This document shows, piece after piece, positions 9,273-19,452 of a DNA stretch of 64,000 bases; the stretch's first letter is position 1, and each line of letters starts with the position of its first letter. The notes under the pieces were generated by a model that was not told the origin of the DNA, did no database searches, and saw only the letters and a program-made list of their open reading frames with translations. The DNA lies in NCBI GenBank assembly GCA_018830005.1, contig JAHJTE010000001.1, positions 193,332 through 257,331 of the forward strand, written 5' to 3'. Made by a program: the position numbers and the translations under genes. The DNA comes from Candidatus Omnitrophota bacterium. Its GTDB lineage: Bacteria; Omnitrophota; Gorgyraeia; JAHJTE01.

Positions 9273-10523
9273 ATGCAGAATATAAAAAGACATGATCCAG
9301 TATTGTTCAAGTTAATTAAAAAAGAATTAGAACGGCAGAATGCAAATCTGGAATTGATTGCCAGCGAGAATTTTGCTCCGCCTATTATACTTGAGACCCA
9401 GGGAACTTGTCTTACGAATAAATATGCCGAAGGCTATCCGGGGAGGCGCTGGTATGGGGGCTGCGAGGATGTAGATAAGATTGAGGATCTGGCAATTGAG
9501 CGGGCAAAAAAACTTTTCGGTGCAGAACATGTTAATGTCCAGCCGCATTCAGGTTCTTCTGCGAATATGGCTGTTTATTTTAGCGCTTTAGAATTTGGAG
9601 ATACTGTACTTGCACTTGATCTAGCCTGCGGCGGACACCTTACTCACGGGCATGTGCATAACTTTTCCGGACTTTTTTATAATATCGTTACTTATGGTGT
9701 CAACAAAGACTCGGAAATGCTAGATTATGATGAGATACAATCTCTGGCTAAAAGATTTAAGCCAAAGATGATTATTGCAGGTGCCTGTGCCTACCCGCGT
9801 ATAATAGATTTTAAGAAATTTAGAAAAATTGCTGATAGTGTTGGCGCTTATCTATTTGTGGATATGGCTCATATTGCAGGACTGGTTGCAGCAGGCCTGC
9901 ATCCTTCGCCTTTGGCCCATGCTGAATTTGTTACCACGACTACTCATAAAACCTTGCGCGGTCCACGTTCTGGACTTATTATGTGTAAGAAGGAATTTGC
10001 TAAAAGAATCGATTTAATGGTCTTTCCTGGTATTCAGGGCGGACCCCTAATGCATGTCATTGCTGCCAAGGCAGCTGCGCTCAAGCTTGCTTCAACAAAA
10101 AAATTCAGAGATTATCAGCGTCAGACTTTAAATAATGCTAAGGCCCTAGCAGTCTCTTTGGCTGATTTTGGTTTTCGTATTGTTTCAGGCGGGACCGATA
10201 ATCATCTTTTGTTAGTAGATCTATCAAACCGTTCTATTACTGGCCGTGATGCATCAGCAATCTTAGATGAGGCAAATATTACCGTAAATAAAAATCTTAT
10301 ACCTTTTGATAAATTAAGTCCTTTTATCACAAGCGGTATCAGGTTAGGGACTCCTGCTGTTACCTCCAGAGGTATGAAAGAGCACCAGATGAGAAAGATA
10401 AGTGGTTTCATTGATTCTCTTTTGGTGTCTAGGGTTAATAGCGCGGCAATCTCGCATGTTAGGCGAGAGGTTAAAAAAATAACAGATAAATTTCCTCTAT
10501 ATACGGCATTGAGAAAGATATGA
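9273..10523 (+). CDS. glyA: Serine hydroxymethyltransferase
   Basis: SHMT motifs 'LIASENF', '[17 protein letters not shown]', PLP-lysine region '[15 protein letters not shown]'. Confidence 0.95.
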   Translation: MQNIKRHDPVLFKLIKKELERQNANLELIASENFAPPIILETQGTCLTNKYAEGYPGRRWYGGCEDVDKIEDLAIERAKKLFGAEHVNVQPHSGSSANMAVYFSALEFGDTVLALDLACGGHLTHGHVHNFSGLFYNIVTYGVNKDSEMLDYDEIQSLAKRFKPKMIIAGACAYPRIIDFKKFRKIADSVGAYLFVDMAHIAGLVAAGLHPSPLAHAEFVTTTTHKTLRGPRSGLIMCKKEFAKRIDLMVFPGIQGGPLMHVIAAKAAALKLASTKKFRDYQRQTLNNAKALAVSLADFGFRIVSGGTDNHLLLVDLSNRSITGRDASAILDEANITVNKNLIPFDKLSPFITSGIRLGTPAVTSRGMKEHQMRKISGFIDSLLVSRVNSAAISHVRREVKKITDKFPLYTALRKI

Positions 10524-10999
10524 AGAAATCAATCTCGCAGCGAAAACGAGCTGATAGGAGACCTAGTTGGGATGAGTATTTTATGGATATTGCTAAACTG
10601 GTCGGAAAACGCTCTACCTGTTTAAGAAGACGCGTGGGCGCTATCATTGTTAAGAACAGAAGGATCTTGGCAACAGGCTACAATGGAACGCCTTGCGGGA
10701 TCAGACACTGTGATGAAGTTGGCTGTATAAGGATTAAATTAAAAGTTCCAAGTGGCCAGCGCCACGAACTCTGTCGTGGTTTGCATGCAGAACAAAATGT
10801 GCTCCTGCAGGCTGCGCTTTACGGTATCAGTGTTGAGAGTGCCTCTCTCTATATTACTAATCAGCCCTGTATTATTTGTGCCAAGATGATAATAAATGCA
10901 GGAATAGAGGAAGTTGTGATTGCTGATGGTTATCCCGATACTATGGCTAAAGAATTTTTGAAAGAAGCAAAGATAAAGATAAGACGATTTAAGAAATGA
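10520..10999 (+). CDS. dCMP deaminase (ComEB/cytidine-deoxycytidylate deaminase family)
   Basis: Zn-binding 'HAEQNVL' and 'PCIICAKMI'; 159 aa; 4-nt overlap with glyA stop. Confidence 0.8.
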   Translation: MKKSISQRKRADRRPSWDEYFMDIAKLVGKRSTCLRRRVGAIIVKNRRILATGYNGTPCGIRHCDEVGCIRIKLKVPSGQRHELCRGLHAEQNVLLQAALYGISVESASLYITNQPCIICAKMIINAGIEEVVIADGYPDTMAKEFLKEAKIKIRRFKK

Positions 11000-11448
11000 A
11001 ATGTCCACATTGTGGATATAAGGAAGATAAGGTAGTGGATTCGCGCTCAACCGCAGATACTACTGCTGTGCGCCGTCGCAGAGAATGCCTTAAATGCGCC
11101 AATCGTTTTACAACCTATGAATATATAGAACTGACGCCCCTTTTGGTAATAAAAAAAGACAGCCGCAGGGAGCATTTTGAACGCCAGAAGATTATTAACG
11201 GACTTCTTAAGGCATGCGAGAAGCGGCCGATAGGCATTGAGCAGTTGGAAGAACTTGTTAGCCGCATAGAAAGGACGCTGCGGCGAAAATTTGATAAAGA
11301 GGTCGACTCTAAATATATTGGCGAGCTTGTAATGGAATATTTAGCAAAGACAGATGAAGTGGCATACGTCAGATTTGCTTCTGTGTATCGACAATTCAAG
11401 GATGTAGGTCAATTTATGAAGGAGTTGAAGGTATTTCTTAATAAATAA
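10996..11448 (+). CDS. nrdR: Transcriptional repressor NrdR
   Basis: N-terminal Zn ribbon '[17 protein letters not shown]…CLKC' followed by an ATP-cone; 150 aa. Confidence 0.9.
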   Translation: MKCPHCGYKEDKVVDSRSTADTTAVRRRRECLKCANRFTTYEYIELTPLLVIKKDSRREHFERQKIINGLLKACEKRPIGIEQLEELVSRIERTLRRKFDKEVDSKYIGELVMEYLAKTDEVAYVRFASVYRQFKDVGQFMKELKVFLNK

Positions 11449-11469
11449 CTTTTATATGAGGGCAACGAC

Positions 11470-11877
11470 ATGATCGAGATGGAATTAAATAAGATTATCA
11501 TTGATGAAAAAAGGCAGGAACAGGCCATAGTCTTAAAGGAAAAAAACGGAGAAAGGCTCCTGCCGATAATTATTGGATTAAATGAAGCCTCAAGCATTAA
11601 GATAAAGCTTGCGGGAGTCAACACGCCCCGGCCCATGACGCACGATTTGCTCAAAAACATTATTGAACAGCTAGGGGCGAAAGTAGTAAAGGTTGCCATA
11701 GATGCACTCCTTTCTAATACATTCCACGGTAAGATTTTTATAAACACAGAGGATGATAAACAGAAGATTATCGATGCCCGTCCTTCTGATAGTATTGCCT
11801 TGGCTGTTCGCACCAAATCCCCAATTTTTGTGGAGGAAGATGTTTTAAAAAAGGCGCAAGTCTTTAAGGGTATCTAA
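11470..11877 (+). CDS. Bifunctional nuclease (BFN/DUF151) domain protein
   Basis: 135 aa; 'PIIIGLNEASSI…RPMTHDLL…IDARPSDSIALAVR' typical of the bifunctional-nuclease family. Confidence 0.6.
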   Translation: MIEMELNKIIIDEKRQEQAIVLKEKNGERLLPIIIGLNEASSIKIKLAGVNTPRPMTHDLLKNIIEQLGAKVVKVAIDALLSNTFHGKIFINTEDDKQKIIDARPSDSIALAVRTKSPIFVEEDVLKKAQVFKGI

Positions 11878-11890
11878 ATAACCTGCCTCT

Positions 11891-13357
11891 ATGAAACTAC
11901 GTTTATCCGACCTAAAAAAGATAAAATTTCTAAAAGATATCTTACGTTTAGCAGATAATAGCCAGATACCCATCTATTTAGTAGGTGGCTGCCTGCGTGA
12001 CTGCTTATTGTCAAGAAATCGAGAGTACCTAGATTTTGATTTTGCTTTATCAAAAGGCTCTCTAAGGTTTGCCAGGAGAGTCTCTCATAAATTAAATGCA
12101 CCCTTTGTTTTGCTCGATGAGCCGCATGGTGTAGCGCGGGTAGTATTTAAAAATAAAGATTTAATAGCCAATCTTGATTTTTCAGATTTTCGCGCTGCTA
12201 GTATTGAAGATGATTTAGGCCTGCGGGATTTTACGGTCAATGCCTTAGCTATTAAGCTCTCTGATATCTTTTCAAAAAGGATCAAGCTAAAGCAGGCGAT
12301 AATTGACCCTTGCAACGGAGTGAGTGATCTTGCAAGAAAGATGATACGTCATCTGAGCAAGGTAAGTTTCAAAGATGACCCCTTGCGCATGCTGCGTACT
12401 TTTAGCCTTTCTGGCCGCTTAGGTTTTAGGATTAAGGAATCAACAATTGAGTTGATTAAAAAAGAAAATCGTCTAATTGAGAAAATCAGCCCAGAGCGCA
12501 TTCGGGAAGAGTTGTTTAAGATTTTTTCTCATAAACACTCTTCTAATTTTATTATATCCCTGGAGAAAAGCGGACTGCTTGTGAGATTGATTCCTGAGAT
12601 AAAATTAATGCATAGACTCAAAGGCGGTGCTTATCACCACCTTGATGTCTGGAGGCATAGCTTAGAAACCCTAAGACAGCTAGAGAATATAATAGATGTA
12701 TCAATCAAGAAGGCTGATGTTCGCAAATATCTTTATGAGGAGATATCTAGTTTTCATAAACGCTTCACTCTCCTTAAATTTGCCAGTTTAATGCATGATG
12801 TCGGAAAGCCTCAAACCTTTAGCAGTAAAGGTGAAGAGATTCATTTTTATGGACATGAACGTATCGGCGCAAAAATCGCAGAAAGAATCGGTGAGCGTTT
12901 GCGCTTATCTCTAAAAGAAATAAAGATGCTCAAAACATTAATCTATTGGCATCTGCGGCCTGGTTTTATGGCAGATATCCAAGATTTAAGCCGGCGGGCA
13001 TTATTCAGATATTTCCGCGATACTGGTACTGAGGCAGCAAGCGTTGCCTTGCTTTCTTTGGCAGATCAGCGTGCAACCAGAGGCAGGCTAAAGAGAGGTC
13101 CAGATAGAAAAAGTCACGAACAGCTTATAAGACTACTTCTGCGCCACTATTTTAGCAAGGCAAAAAAGAGAAATAAGCCGCCATTTATCAATGGTCATGA
13201 TGTTATACGCAGTCTGCGTTTAAAACCAGGGCCTTTAATTGGCAGGATTTTAAATGAGGTAAATGAGGCTCAGGCAGAAGGTGTATTAAGGAATAAACGC
13301 CAGGCGCTCTTATGGGCGAAGAAATTTTATAAAAAAATAAATAAACTCGAGGCATAA
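11891..13357 (+). CDS. cca: CCA-adding tRNA nucleotidyltransferase / poly(A) polymerase family protein with HD domain
   Basis: PolyA_pol head '[13 protein letters not shown]…DFDF…', 'RDFTVNALA'; HD domain '[12 protein letters not shown]…LMHDVGKP'; 488 aa. Confidence 0.85.
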   Translation: MKLRLSDLKKIKFLKDILRLADNSQIPIYLVGGCLRDCLLSRNREYLDFDFALSKGSLRFARRVSHKLNAPFVLLDEPHGVARVVFKNKDLIANLDFSDFRAASIEDDLGLRDFTVNALAIKLSDIFSKRIKLKQAIIDPCNGVSDLARKMIRHLSKVSFKDDPLRMLRTFSLSGRLGFRIKESTIELIKKENRLIEKISPERIREELFKIFSHKHSSNFIISLEKSGLLVRLIPEIKLMHRLKGGAYHHLDVWRHSLETLRQLENIIDVSIKKADVRKYLYEEISSFHKRFTLLKFASLMHDVGKPQTFSSKGEEIHFYGHERIGAKIAERIGERLRLSLKEIKMLKTLIYWHLRPGFMADIQDLSRRALFRYFRDTGTEAASVALLSLADQRATRGRLKRGPDRKSHEQLIRLLLRHYFSKAKKRNKPPFINGHDVIRSLRLKPGPLIGRILNEVNEAQAEGVLRNKRQALLWAKKFYKKINKLEA

Positions 13358-13359
13358 TT

Positions 13360-14121
13360 ATGGATTTTAAATATAAGAATACTACTATAAAGATAGTCAA
13401 GGCCGATATTAGTACGTTAAAGGCAGAAAAAATTGTTAGGTTTGATATAGGTCAGGATGAAGTAAAAATTCGAAAAGATTGTTTTGCTGCATTAGATGCT
13501 GCCAATAAAAGCAAATTGAAGACACTTATATTTGCGCCGTCAAATTATAAGGCAGAAAGACATTGGTTTGAGATTAGCGCAAAGATTATGGCCCAGGAGA
13601 TATTTAAGCACATTAAAGATAGAGATGCTAGTTTAAGAGAAATCACATTTGCACTTAATGATGAGACCTGCTTTGCTTGTTTTAAAGACAACGCCCCAGG
13701 ATATATTAAATACATTACTTATAAACTTTCAAAAGGGCCATTTTCTACTATTGATATTATTATTAAAGTTAAAGGCGGCATTATTTTGATAGAAAGAAGC
13801 AATCCTCCCTTTGGCTGGGCATTGCCAGGTGGATTTCTTGATTATGGAGAGAGTTTAGAGGAGGCAGCAATACGCGAGGCAAAAGAAGAGACAGGTCTGG
13901 ACATATATGATCTGGCTCAGTTCCGCGCCTATTCTGAACCTGATAGAGATCCTCGTTTTCACACAGTTTCGAATGTGTTCACTGCCAAGGCCAAGGGTAA
14001 ACCTTGCGCTTCTTCTGACGCCAAGGCTGTGGGAATATTTGACTATAGCAAGATAAAGAATATGCAACTTGCCTTTGATCACAATAAGATTATATCGGAT
14101 TATTTTAATGCTCATAATTGA
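13360..14121 (+). CDS. Two-domain protein: N-terminal uncharacterised domain (possibly degenerate macro-like) + C-terminal NUDIX hydrolase
   Basis: NUDIX box '[29 protein letters not shown]'; N-terminal ~130 aa without a recognisable motif. Confidence 0.6.
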   Translation: MDFKYKNTTIKIVKADISTLKAEKIVRFDIGQDEVKIRKDCFAALDAANKSKLKTLIFAPSNYKAERHWFEISAKIMAQEIFKHIKDRDASLREITFALNDETCFACFKDNAPGYIKYITYKLSKGPFSTIDIIIKVKGGIILIERSNPPFGWALPGGFLDYGESLEEAAIREAKEETGLDIYDLAQFRAYSEPDRDPRFHTVSNVFTAKAKGKPCASSDAKAVGIFDYSKIKNMQLAFDHNKIISDYFNAHN

Positions 14122-15160
14122 CGGGGATTACTCTGAGGGTGGCGGGCAAATCCTGCGTACTGCAGTTGCACTTTCTATAATTACCAGACAGCCCCTTAAG
14201 GTAATCAATATTAGAAAGCGAAGACCCAAGCCTGGTTTAAGACCTCAGCATTTAGCTGTTCTTAAGGCGTTAGCTGAAATTAGTAAGGCGACTACGAGTG
14301 GTTTTGATATCGGATCGCAAGAGATAGAATTTGAACCAACTTATTTTGCTAGCTTAGATTCTCAACTTGAAATAGACACCCAAACATCAGCTGCTATAGG
14401 TCTAGTATTACAGCCTTTATTGTTGGTAGCTGCTTTTGCAACGTCCGGACTTTTATGTCGTATTTATGGAGGCACATCTGGTTTGGGTGCCATGCCCGTT
14501 GATTATTACAAAGATATAATTTTACCTGTTTTAAGGCATATTGGTTTAAGAGTTGATTTAGAGATTATTCGTTATGGTTTTTATCCTAAAGGCGGTGGGC
14601 AAGTCAGTCTGTTTGTAGATGGCATCAAGAGCAGCAAACCTTTAATCAGAGAAACTCAAGGAAAAATCAAAAATATTAATGGTTTAAGTGTTGCCAGTAA
14701 AGAACTAGCAGACAAGGAGGTAGCTCAGCGACAGGCAAAGGCTGGCGAAGATTATCTTAAGAGAAGTTTTGATTGTCCGATTAAGATAGATTCACTTTAT
14801 GTAGATACTGAGTCTGTTGGTTCGCAGATTAGTCTTTTTGCCCATACTAATAAAGGCGTGCGTTTGGGCGCTGATGCAAGAGGTGAAAAGGGCAAGGCCT
14901 CAGAAAGCGTTGGAAGGGATGCAGCATGCCTCTTGGAAGAAGAGATAGCCAGCGGTGCTGCTGTAGATAGACATCTTGCAGATAACCTTATTCCTTGGCT
15001 TGCGCTTTTAGGCGGCAGACTAAAAATCGCAAGATTGACTAGCCACACAAAAACCAATATCTGGGTTTGTGAGCAATTTTTTGGTAAAATATTTAGGGTA
15101 GAAGAAAATGAGGTGTCAACAGGAGGATGTTATGCGGCCATTAAAAAAGCAAAAGTATAA
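14108..15160 (+). CDS. rtcA: RNA 3'-terminal phosphate cyclase (RtcA); real start at the ATG at 14108 ([19 protein letters not shown]); the track ORF begins at an upstream TTG
   Basis: Canonical N-terminus '[20 protein letters not shown]' and 'LRPQHLAVL'; overlaps the NUDIX gene by 14 nt. Confidence 0.85.
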   Translation: MLIIDGDYSEGGGQILRTAVALSIITRQPLKVINIRKRRPKPGLRPQHLAVLKALAEISKATTSGFDIGSQEIEFEPTYFASLDSQLEIDTQTSAAIGLVLQPLLLVAAFATSGLLCRIYGGTSGLGAMPVDYYKDIILPVLRHIGLRVDLEIIRYGFYPKGGGQVSLFVDGIKSSKPLIRETQGKIKNINGLSVASKELADKEVAQRQAKAGEDYLKRSFDCPIKIDSLYVDTESVGSQISLFAHTNKGVRLGADARGEKGKASESVGRDAACLLEEEIASGAAVDRHLADNLIPWLALLGGRLKIARLTSHTKTNIWVCEQFFGKIFRVEENEVSTGGCYAAIKKAKV

Positions 15161-15279
15161 ATTTGATATTAAAAGAATAAGTGCGGAGAATAAAGATGTA
15201 AAGAAGGATAAAGATTTAACGCCGCGTGAGCTTTTTGATGAGATTGTAAGAACAAAATCCAGAAGGAGACATAGGTAAG

Positions 15280-16215
15280 ATGGCTGAAAGGAAAGAACTT
15301 AAAGATATTTTAGAGAATTTCTATCAGCTGCTTTATCAGAGATTTGGTCCGCAGCACTGGTGGCCGGCAAAGACGCCATTTGAGGTTATTGTAGGCGCAA
15401 TCCTAACCCAGAATACTAACTGGGCAAATGTAGAAAAGGCGATTCTTAATTTGAAGAGGGCCAAGCTTATTTTTCCTCGCAAGCTACGTAAGGTCTCGAT
15501 AAAGAGATTAGCAAGATTAATAAGGCCGGCAGGCTACTTTAATATAAAGGCGCGCCGAGTTAAAAATTTTATCAATTTTCTTTTTAGTCGTTACGGAGGT
15601 AGTCTATCGAGGATGTTTAATGTTGATCCCTGGAGTCTGCGGGCAGAGCTCTTGACGGTTCCAGGTATTGGTCCTGAGACTGCAGATTCAATACTTCTTT
15701 ATGCAGGAGATAAACCTGTGTTTGTAATCGATGCCTATACGCGGCGCTTTCTCTCGAGGCATAATATTATTGAGGCAGATGCCACCTATTCGCAGGCACA
15801 GGATATATTCTTGGACAATCTGCAGATAGACGTAAATTTATTTAAAGAATTTCATGCCTTAATTGTTCGTTTGGCCAAGGAGTCTTGTAAGACTAATCCC
15901 CAGTGTCAGGGATGTGCACTGGAGGAGGCGATGAAGGATATAGAATATATCTGTGACTCTTGCGGTAGCGAGCTGAAACATCCGCGCCAGCGCTATAACT
16001 GTAAAATTCAATTGTATGCCTCGCCTAAGGTGGAATTGACCAAAGAAGATTTAAAGAAAGACACCCAGATTGAATTGCGTCGGCTACTTAGGCAGCTTGA
16101 AACTATGGATCCAAAGAGATTAGAGGAACAGGTATTCGTCTCTTATAAGTTAATACTTTGCAAAAAATGCCGCGATATATTCAATGAACGCATAAAACAT
16201 AAAGAGTTTGTCTAA
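15280..16215 (+). CDS. Endonuclease III-like HhH-GPD domain protein with ~100-aa C-terminal Cys4 zinc-ribbon-like extension
   Basis: HhH motif 'LLTVPGIGPETADSILLYA'; [4Fe-4S]-type Cys cluster 'CKTNPQCQGC'; extra 'CDSCGSEL…CKKC' tail. Confidence 0.65.
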   Translation: MAERKELKDILENFYQLLYQRFGPQHWWPAKTPFEVIVGAILTQNTNWANVEKAILNLKRAKLIFPRKLRKVSIKRLARLIRPAGYFNIKARRVKNFINFLFSRYGGSLSRMFNVDPWSLRAELLTVPGIGPETADSILLYAGDKPVFVIDAYTRRFLSRHNIIEADATYSQAQDIFLDNLQIDVNLFKEFHALIVRLAKESCKTNPQCQGCALEEAMKDIEYICDSCGSELKHPRQRYNCKIQLYASPKVELTKEDLKKDTQIELRRLLRQLETMDPKRLEEQVFVSYKLILCKKCRDIFNERIKHKEFV

Positions 16216-16230
16216 CAACTTAGGGTTAAG

Positions 16231-17301
16231 ATGAAGATTGGCATAATTGGTCTACCCCAAACTGGTAAGAAAACCCTCTTTGGTCTTTTGACTGAATCAA
16301 GGCACGATAAAGATGCTGATGTTAAACGGCCGCTTACTGGTATAGCCCGAATAAGAGAGCCTCGCCTTGATTTATTAGTAGACGTTTATAAGCCTAAGAA
16401 GTACCAGCAGGCCAGGATTGAGGTTGCACTCCTGGAGACGATTGAGAAAGATTCAATATCGAGTGGAAAAATCTTTAAGGATATTTTTGATATGGACGCC
16501 ATCTGTCATGTTGTAAGGGCGTTTGGCGATGATACCATATATCATGTAAACGGCGAAGTCAATCCTGAGCGCGATATCAAGACAATCAACGACGAGCTGA
16601 TTATGCACGATTCGATTTTTATTGAAAAGCGCTTAGAAAGGATTGAGAATGATAAGACCAAGAGCAATAGTGACATTTTGGCCAAAGAGAAAATCCTGCT
16701 TTTAAAATTAAAAGAGCATCTTGAGAAGGAATTGCCGCTTCGATTGTTTAAGCTAGAGCAAGAAGAGAAGAAGATCTTAACAAGTTATCCTTTGTTGAGT
16801 TTTAAAGAAGTGGTTACACTGCTTAATATTAACGAAAATGATTTGAAGGATGAGACCCTGCTTAAAAAACTACAAAATAAGTTTGCCTCTGATAAACAAT
16901 TGTTTATGCAGGCCTGTTTAAAGATCGAAGCAGAGATAGCCTCATTGGATTCAGATCAAGAAAGATCAGAGTTCCTTAGAGACTTAGGGATTGGTGAATC
17001 TGCGCTTGAGTGTTTAAGCCGCATATCTATACAGGCATTAGGCCTTATATCTTTTTTTACGGTGGTTTCCTCTGAAGTTAGGCAGTGGACTATTAAAGCA
17101 GGCTCCAATATTCTAGATGCAGCCGGAGCAATACATAAAGATATGCAACGCGGTTTTATCAGAGCCGAGATTATTAAATTTGCCGATTTAAAGCAATTGG
17201 GAAGTGAGGAGGCAGTTAAGGCTGCTGGAAAATTCTGCCTAAAGGGTAAGGATTATATAGTTGAAGACGGTGATATTATAAAAGTGAGATTCAGTGTTTA
17301 A
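16231..17301 (+). CDS. ychF: Redox-regulated ATPase YchF (Obg-family GTPase)
   Basis: P-loop 'GIIGLPQTGKKTLF'; C-terminal TGS-like 'EDGDIIKVRF'. Confidence 0.85.
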   Translation: MKIGIIGLPQTGKKTLFGLLTESRHDKDADVKRPLTGIARIREPRLDLLVDVYKPKKYQQARIEVALLETIEKDSISSGKIFKDIFDMDAICHVVRAFGDDTIYHVNGEVNPERDIKTINDELIMHDSIFIEKRLERIENDKTKSNSDILAKEKILLLKLKEHLEKELPLRLFKLEQEEKKILTSYPLLSFKEVVTLLNINENDLKDETLLKKLQNKFASDKQLFMQACLKIEAEIASLDSDQERSEFLRDLGIGESALECLSRISIQALGLISFFTVVSSEVRQWTIKAGSNILDAAGAIHKDMQRGFIRAEIIKFADLKQLGSEEAVKAAGKFCLKGKDYIVEDGDIIKVRFSV

Positions 17302-17303
17302 TT

Positions 17304-18263
17304 ATGATGTTAGTTAATCTTTTATTTCTATTAATCGGTTTGTTTTTACTGTTTAAAGGCGGGGAGCTCTTTGTTGATTCTAGTGTAGGCATATCCCGTA
17401 TTCTAAAGATGCCAAGACTCATTATCGGGGCAACAATTGTAAGCATTGCTACAACACTACCTGAGCTGACAGTATCCGCTCTTTCATCTTTTAAAGGGGA
17501 GCCTGGTCTTGCTATTGGCAACGCTGTTGGCTCCTGTATTGCCAATATTGGTCTGATTATTGGCCTTGTCTGCCTAGTAAAAGGTGCTCTTATTTTTAGG
17601 AAAGACGAAGTTATCTTTCCTTTGCGCGCCATGCTTTTAACTTCATCTATTATTTTTATCTTAACCCTGCCGTTAAAAATTCATCGAGTCTCTGGTTTTG
17701 TTCTTATTGCCTTTGCCATTGTCTTTCTTATTCTTAATATAAAAAAGCGTGCATCCGCCAATCAAGCTAAAGATCTTAGATTTTCTGATAGGAAAGAATC
17801 ACTGTCTCGATGTATTATTTTTTTCATAATTGGCATCTTGTTAATATTATTGGGAAGCCGCTTTCTTGTTTCTTCAGCAGTAGCCATTGCATATTTTTTT
17901 GGTATATCTCCTACTGTGATAGGCCTGACAATAGCTGCAGTGGGGACATCATTGCCAGAGCTTGTTACTGCCTTTGTCTCTGTCAGGAAGAATGAGACGG
18001 ATTTGTCTTTAGGTAATATTATCGGCGCAAATGTCTTGAATATGACTCTTGTTATTGGAGGGGCTGCCTGTATTAATCCCCTATATTTGAGCCGTTTTAC
18101 GCAAATTTACTCAATACCAGTAATGCTATTGATTAGTTCTGTTCTTGCGTTTTTTATTTTAAGGCGAAAGCAATTAACGCATAAAGAGGGTAAGATTATT
18201 CTTACTTTGTATGTTATATATATTTTTGGTTTAATTCTTGCTACATTGGCCGGGATCAGATAG
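17304..18263 (+). CDS. Na+/Ca2+ exchanger family membrane protein (CaCA/YrbG-like)
   Basis: Two alpha-repeats 'GATIVSIATTLPEL' and 'GLTIAAVGTSLPEL'; polytopic hydrophobic profile. Confidence 0.8.
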   Translation: MMLVNLLFLLIGLFLLFKGGELFVDSSVGISRILKMPRLIIGATIVSIATTLPELTVSALSSFKGEPGLAIGNAVGSCIANIGLIIGLVCLVKGALIFRKDEVIFPLRAMLLTSSIIFILTLPLKIHRVSGFVLIAFAIVFLILNIKKRASANQAKDLRFSDRKESLSRCIIFFIIGILLILLGSRFLVSSAVAIAYFFGISPTVIGLTIAAVGTSLPELVTAFVSVRKNETDLSLGNIIGANVLNMTLVIGGAACINPLYLSRFTQIYSIPVMLLISSVLAFFILRRKQLTHKEGKIILTLYVIYIFGLILATLAGIR

Positions 18264-18372
18264 GCCCTAGGAATACTTGATTATAAGTTAATAAAGGTAT
18301 AGAATAAAAGAAGCCATAATTTAGCGATCAGGAATTGTAAACTAAATTATCTGTTTATTAAAGGAGGATAAA

Positions 18373-19419
18373 ATGGATTCAATAATGGGATTTTTTCTTA
18401 ATATCTTTTCGCCTCAGATTTTCTGGCCTATTATTGGCGTTATTAGTATTGGCTTTATACTTGTAGTTGCCTTTTCAATTATTGGAGAGGGCAAGAGCAA
18501 AAAGAAAGATGAAGATATGACTAAGAGGCTAGAGTTGTTTGAAAAGGATATAACTGAGAAGGATGCTGAAACTAAAAATTTAAAAGATAAATACAAGGCT
18601 AAAGAAGGAGATTATTGTCGGCAGTTAACAAAATTGGAAGAGCAGATTAGTGAAAATGAAGCCAACAGGGCAAAGATTAATAGCCTGGAAGCTGAATTGA
18701 AGCAAAAAGATGCATCATCACAGAAAGATAGGGCGCTGCAAGAAGGTTTCGACAAGAAAACTAAAGAGGCTCAATTAGAAATAGAGAAGGCGAAGAAGGA
18801 AGCCACTTTAAAGCTTGAGATGTATAATGGTCTCAAAAGCCAGTATGACGAGTTAGAAACCCAGATGACGGCTAAGGTAAAGGAGTTAGAGGAAGCAATA
18901 GCGAAAAAAAATAGTTTTCAGGAAGAGGTTGCGAAACTAAAGAGTAAATTAAGCGAACAAGCTAAGGTTATTGAGCAGCATAAGAAAGAGCAGGCCCAAG
19001 TAAAAAAAGAAGTCAAGCCAGAAGCAGTACAGCCTGCGCCTAGTGAGAGTAAACAGCCTGCGAAGCAGGGTGAGGGCGTTTCAGTATCAGATGCCTTAAA
19101 GAAATCAGAGCCTGTTCCTAAGCAGGAGGAAAAGGAAAAGAAAGAGCAGGCCCAAGTAAAAAAAGAAGTCAAGCCAGAAGCAGTACAGCCTGCGCCTAGT
19201 GAGAGTAAGCAGCCTGAGGGTGCTTCAGTCTCTGATGCTTTAAAGAAGTCAAGGCCTGCTCCTAAAACTGAGGCGAAAGTAAGACTGGCCCAGGTCATGC
19301 AGGAGGCAGCAAAGGTTGCCATAAAAAGAGATGATAAGCTAAAGCAGGAAAAATCCAAAACGGAAGAAGAAAACAAGGCCAAAGAGCAAGAGAAAGATAA
19401 TAATCCCACCGGTCCTTAA
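18373..19419 (+). CDS. Membrane-anchored coiled-coil protein with internal tandem repeat (hypothetical)
   Basis: N-terminal TM 'FWPIIGVISIGFILVVAFSII' then K/E-rich heptad-like sequence; repeated block 'KKEQAQVKKEVKPEAVQPAPSESKQP…SVSDALKKS'. Confidence 0.5.
   Translation: MDSIMGFFLNIFSPQIFWPIIGVISIGFILVVAFSIIGEGKSKKKDEDMTKRLELFEKDITEKDAETKNLKDKYKAKEGDYCRQLTKLEEQISENEANRAKINSLEAELKQKDASSQKDRALQEGFDKKTKEAQLEIEKAKKEATLKLEMYNGLKSQYDELETQMTAKVKELEEAIAKKNSFQEEVAKLKSKLSEQAKVIEQHKKEQAQVKKEVKPEAVQPAPSESKQPAKQGEGVSVSDALKKSEPVPKQEEKEKKEQAQVKKEVKPEAVQPAPSESKQPEGASVSDALKKSRPAPKTEAKVRLAQVMQEAAKVAIKRDDKLKQEKSKTEEENKAKEQEKDNNPTGP
18983..19290 (+). repeat. Imperfect ~155-bp tandem duplication inside the coiled-coil CDS (71-bp perfect cores at 18983-19053 and 19138-19208)
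   Basis: Identical DNA 'aagaaagagcaggcccaagtaaaaaaagaagtcaagccagaagcagtacagcctgcgcctagtgagagtaa' occurs twice. Confidence 0.8.
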
Positions 19420-19452
19420 GGATCTAGGCAGTAAAATTTCTTTTATTTTTTT

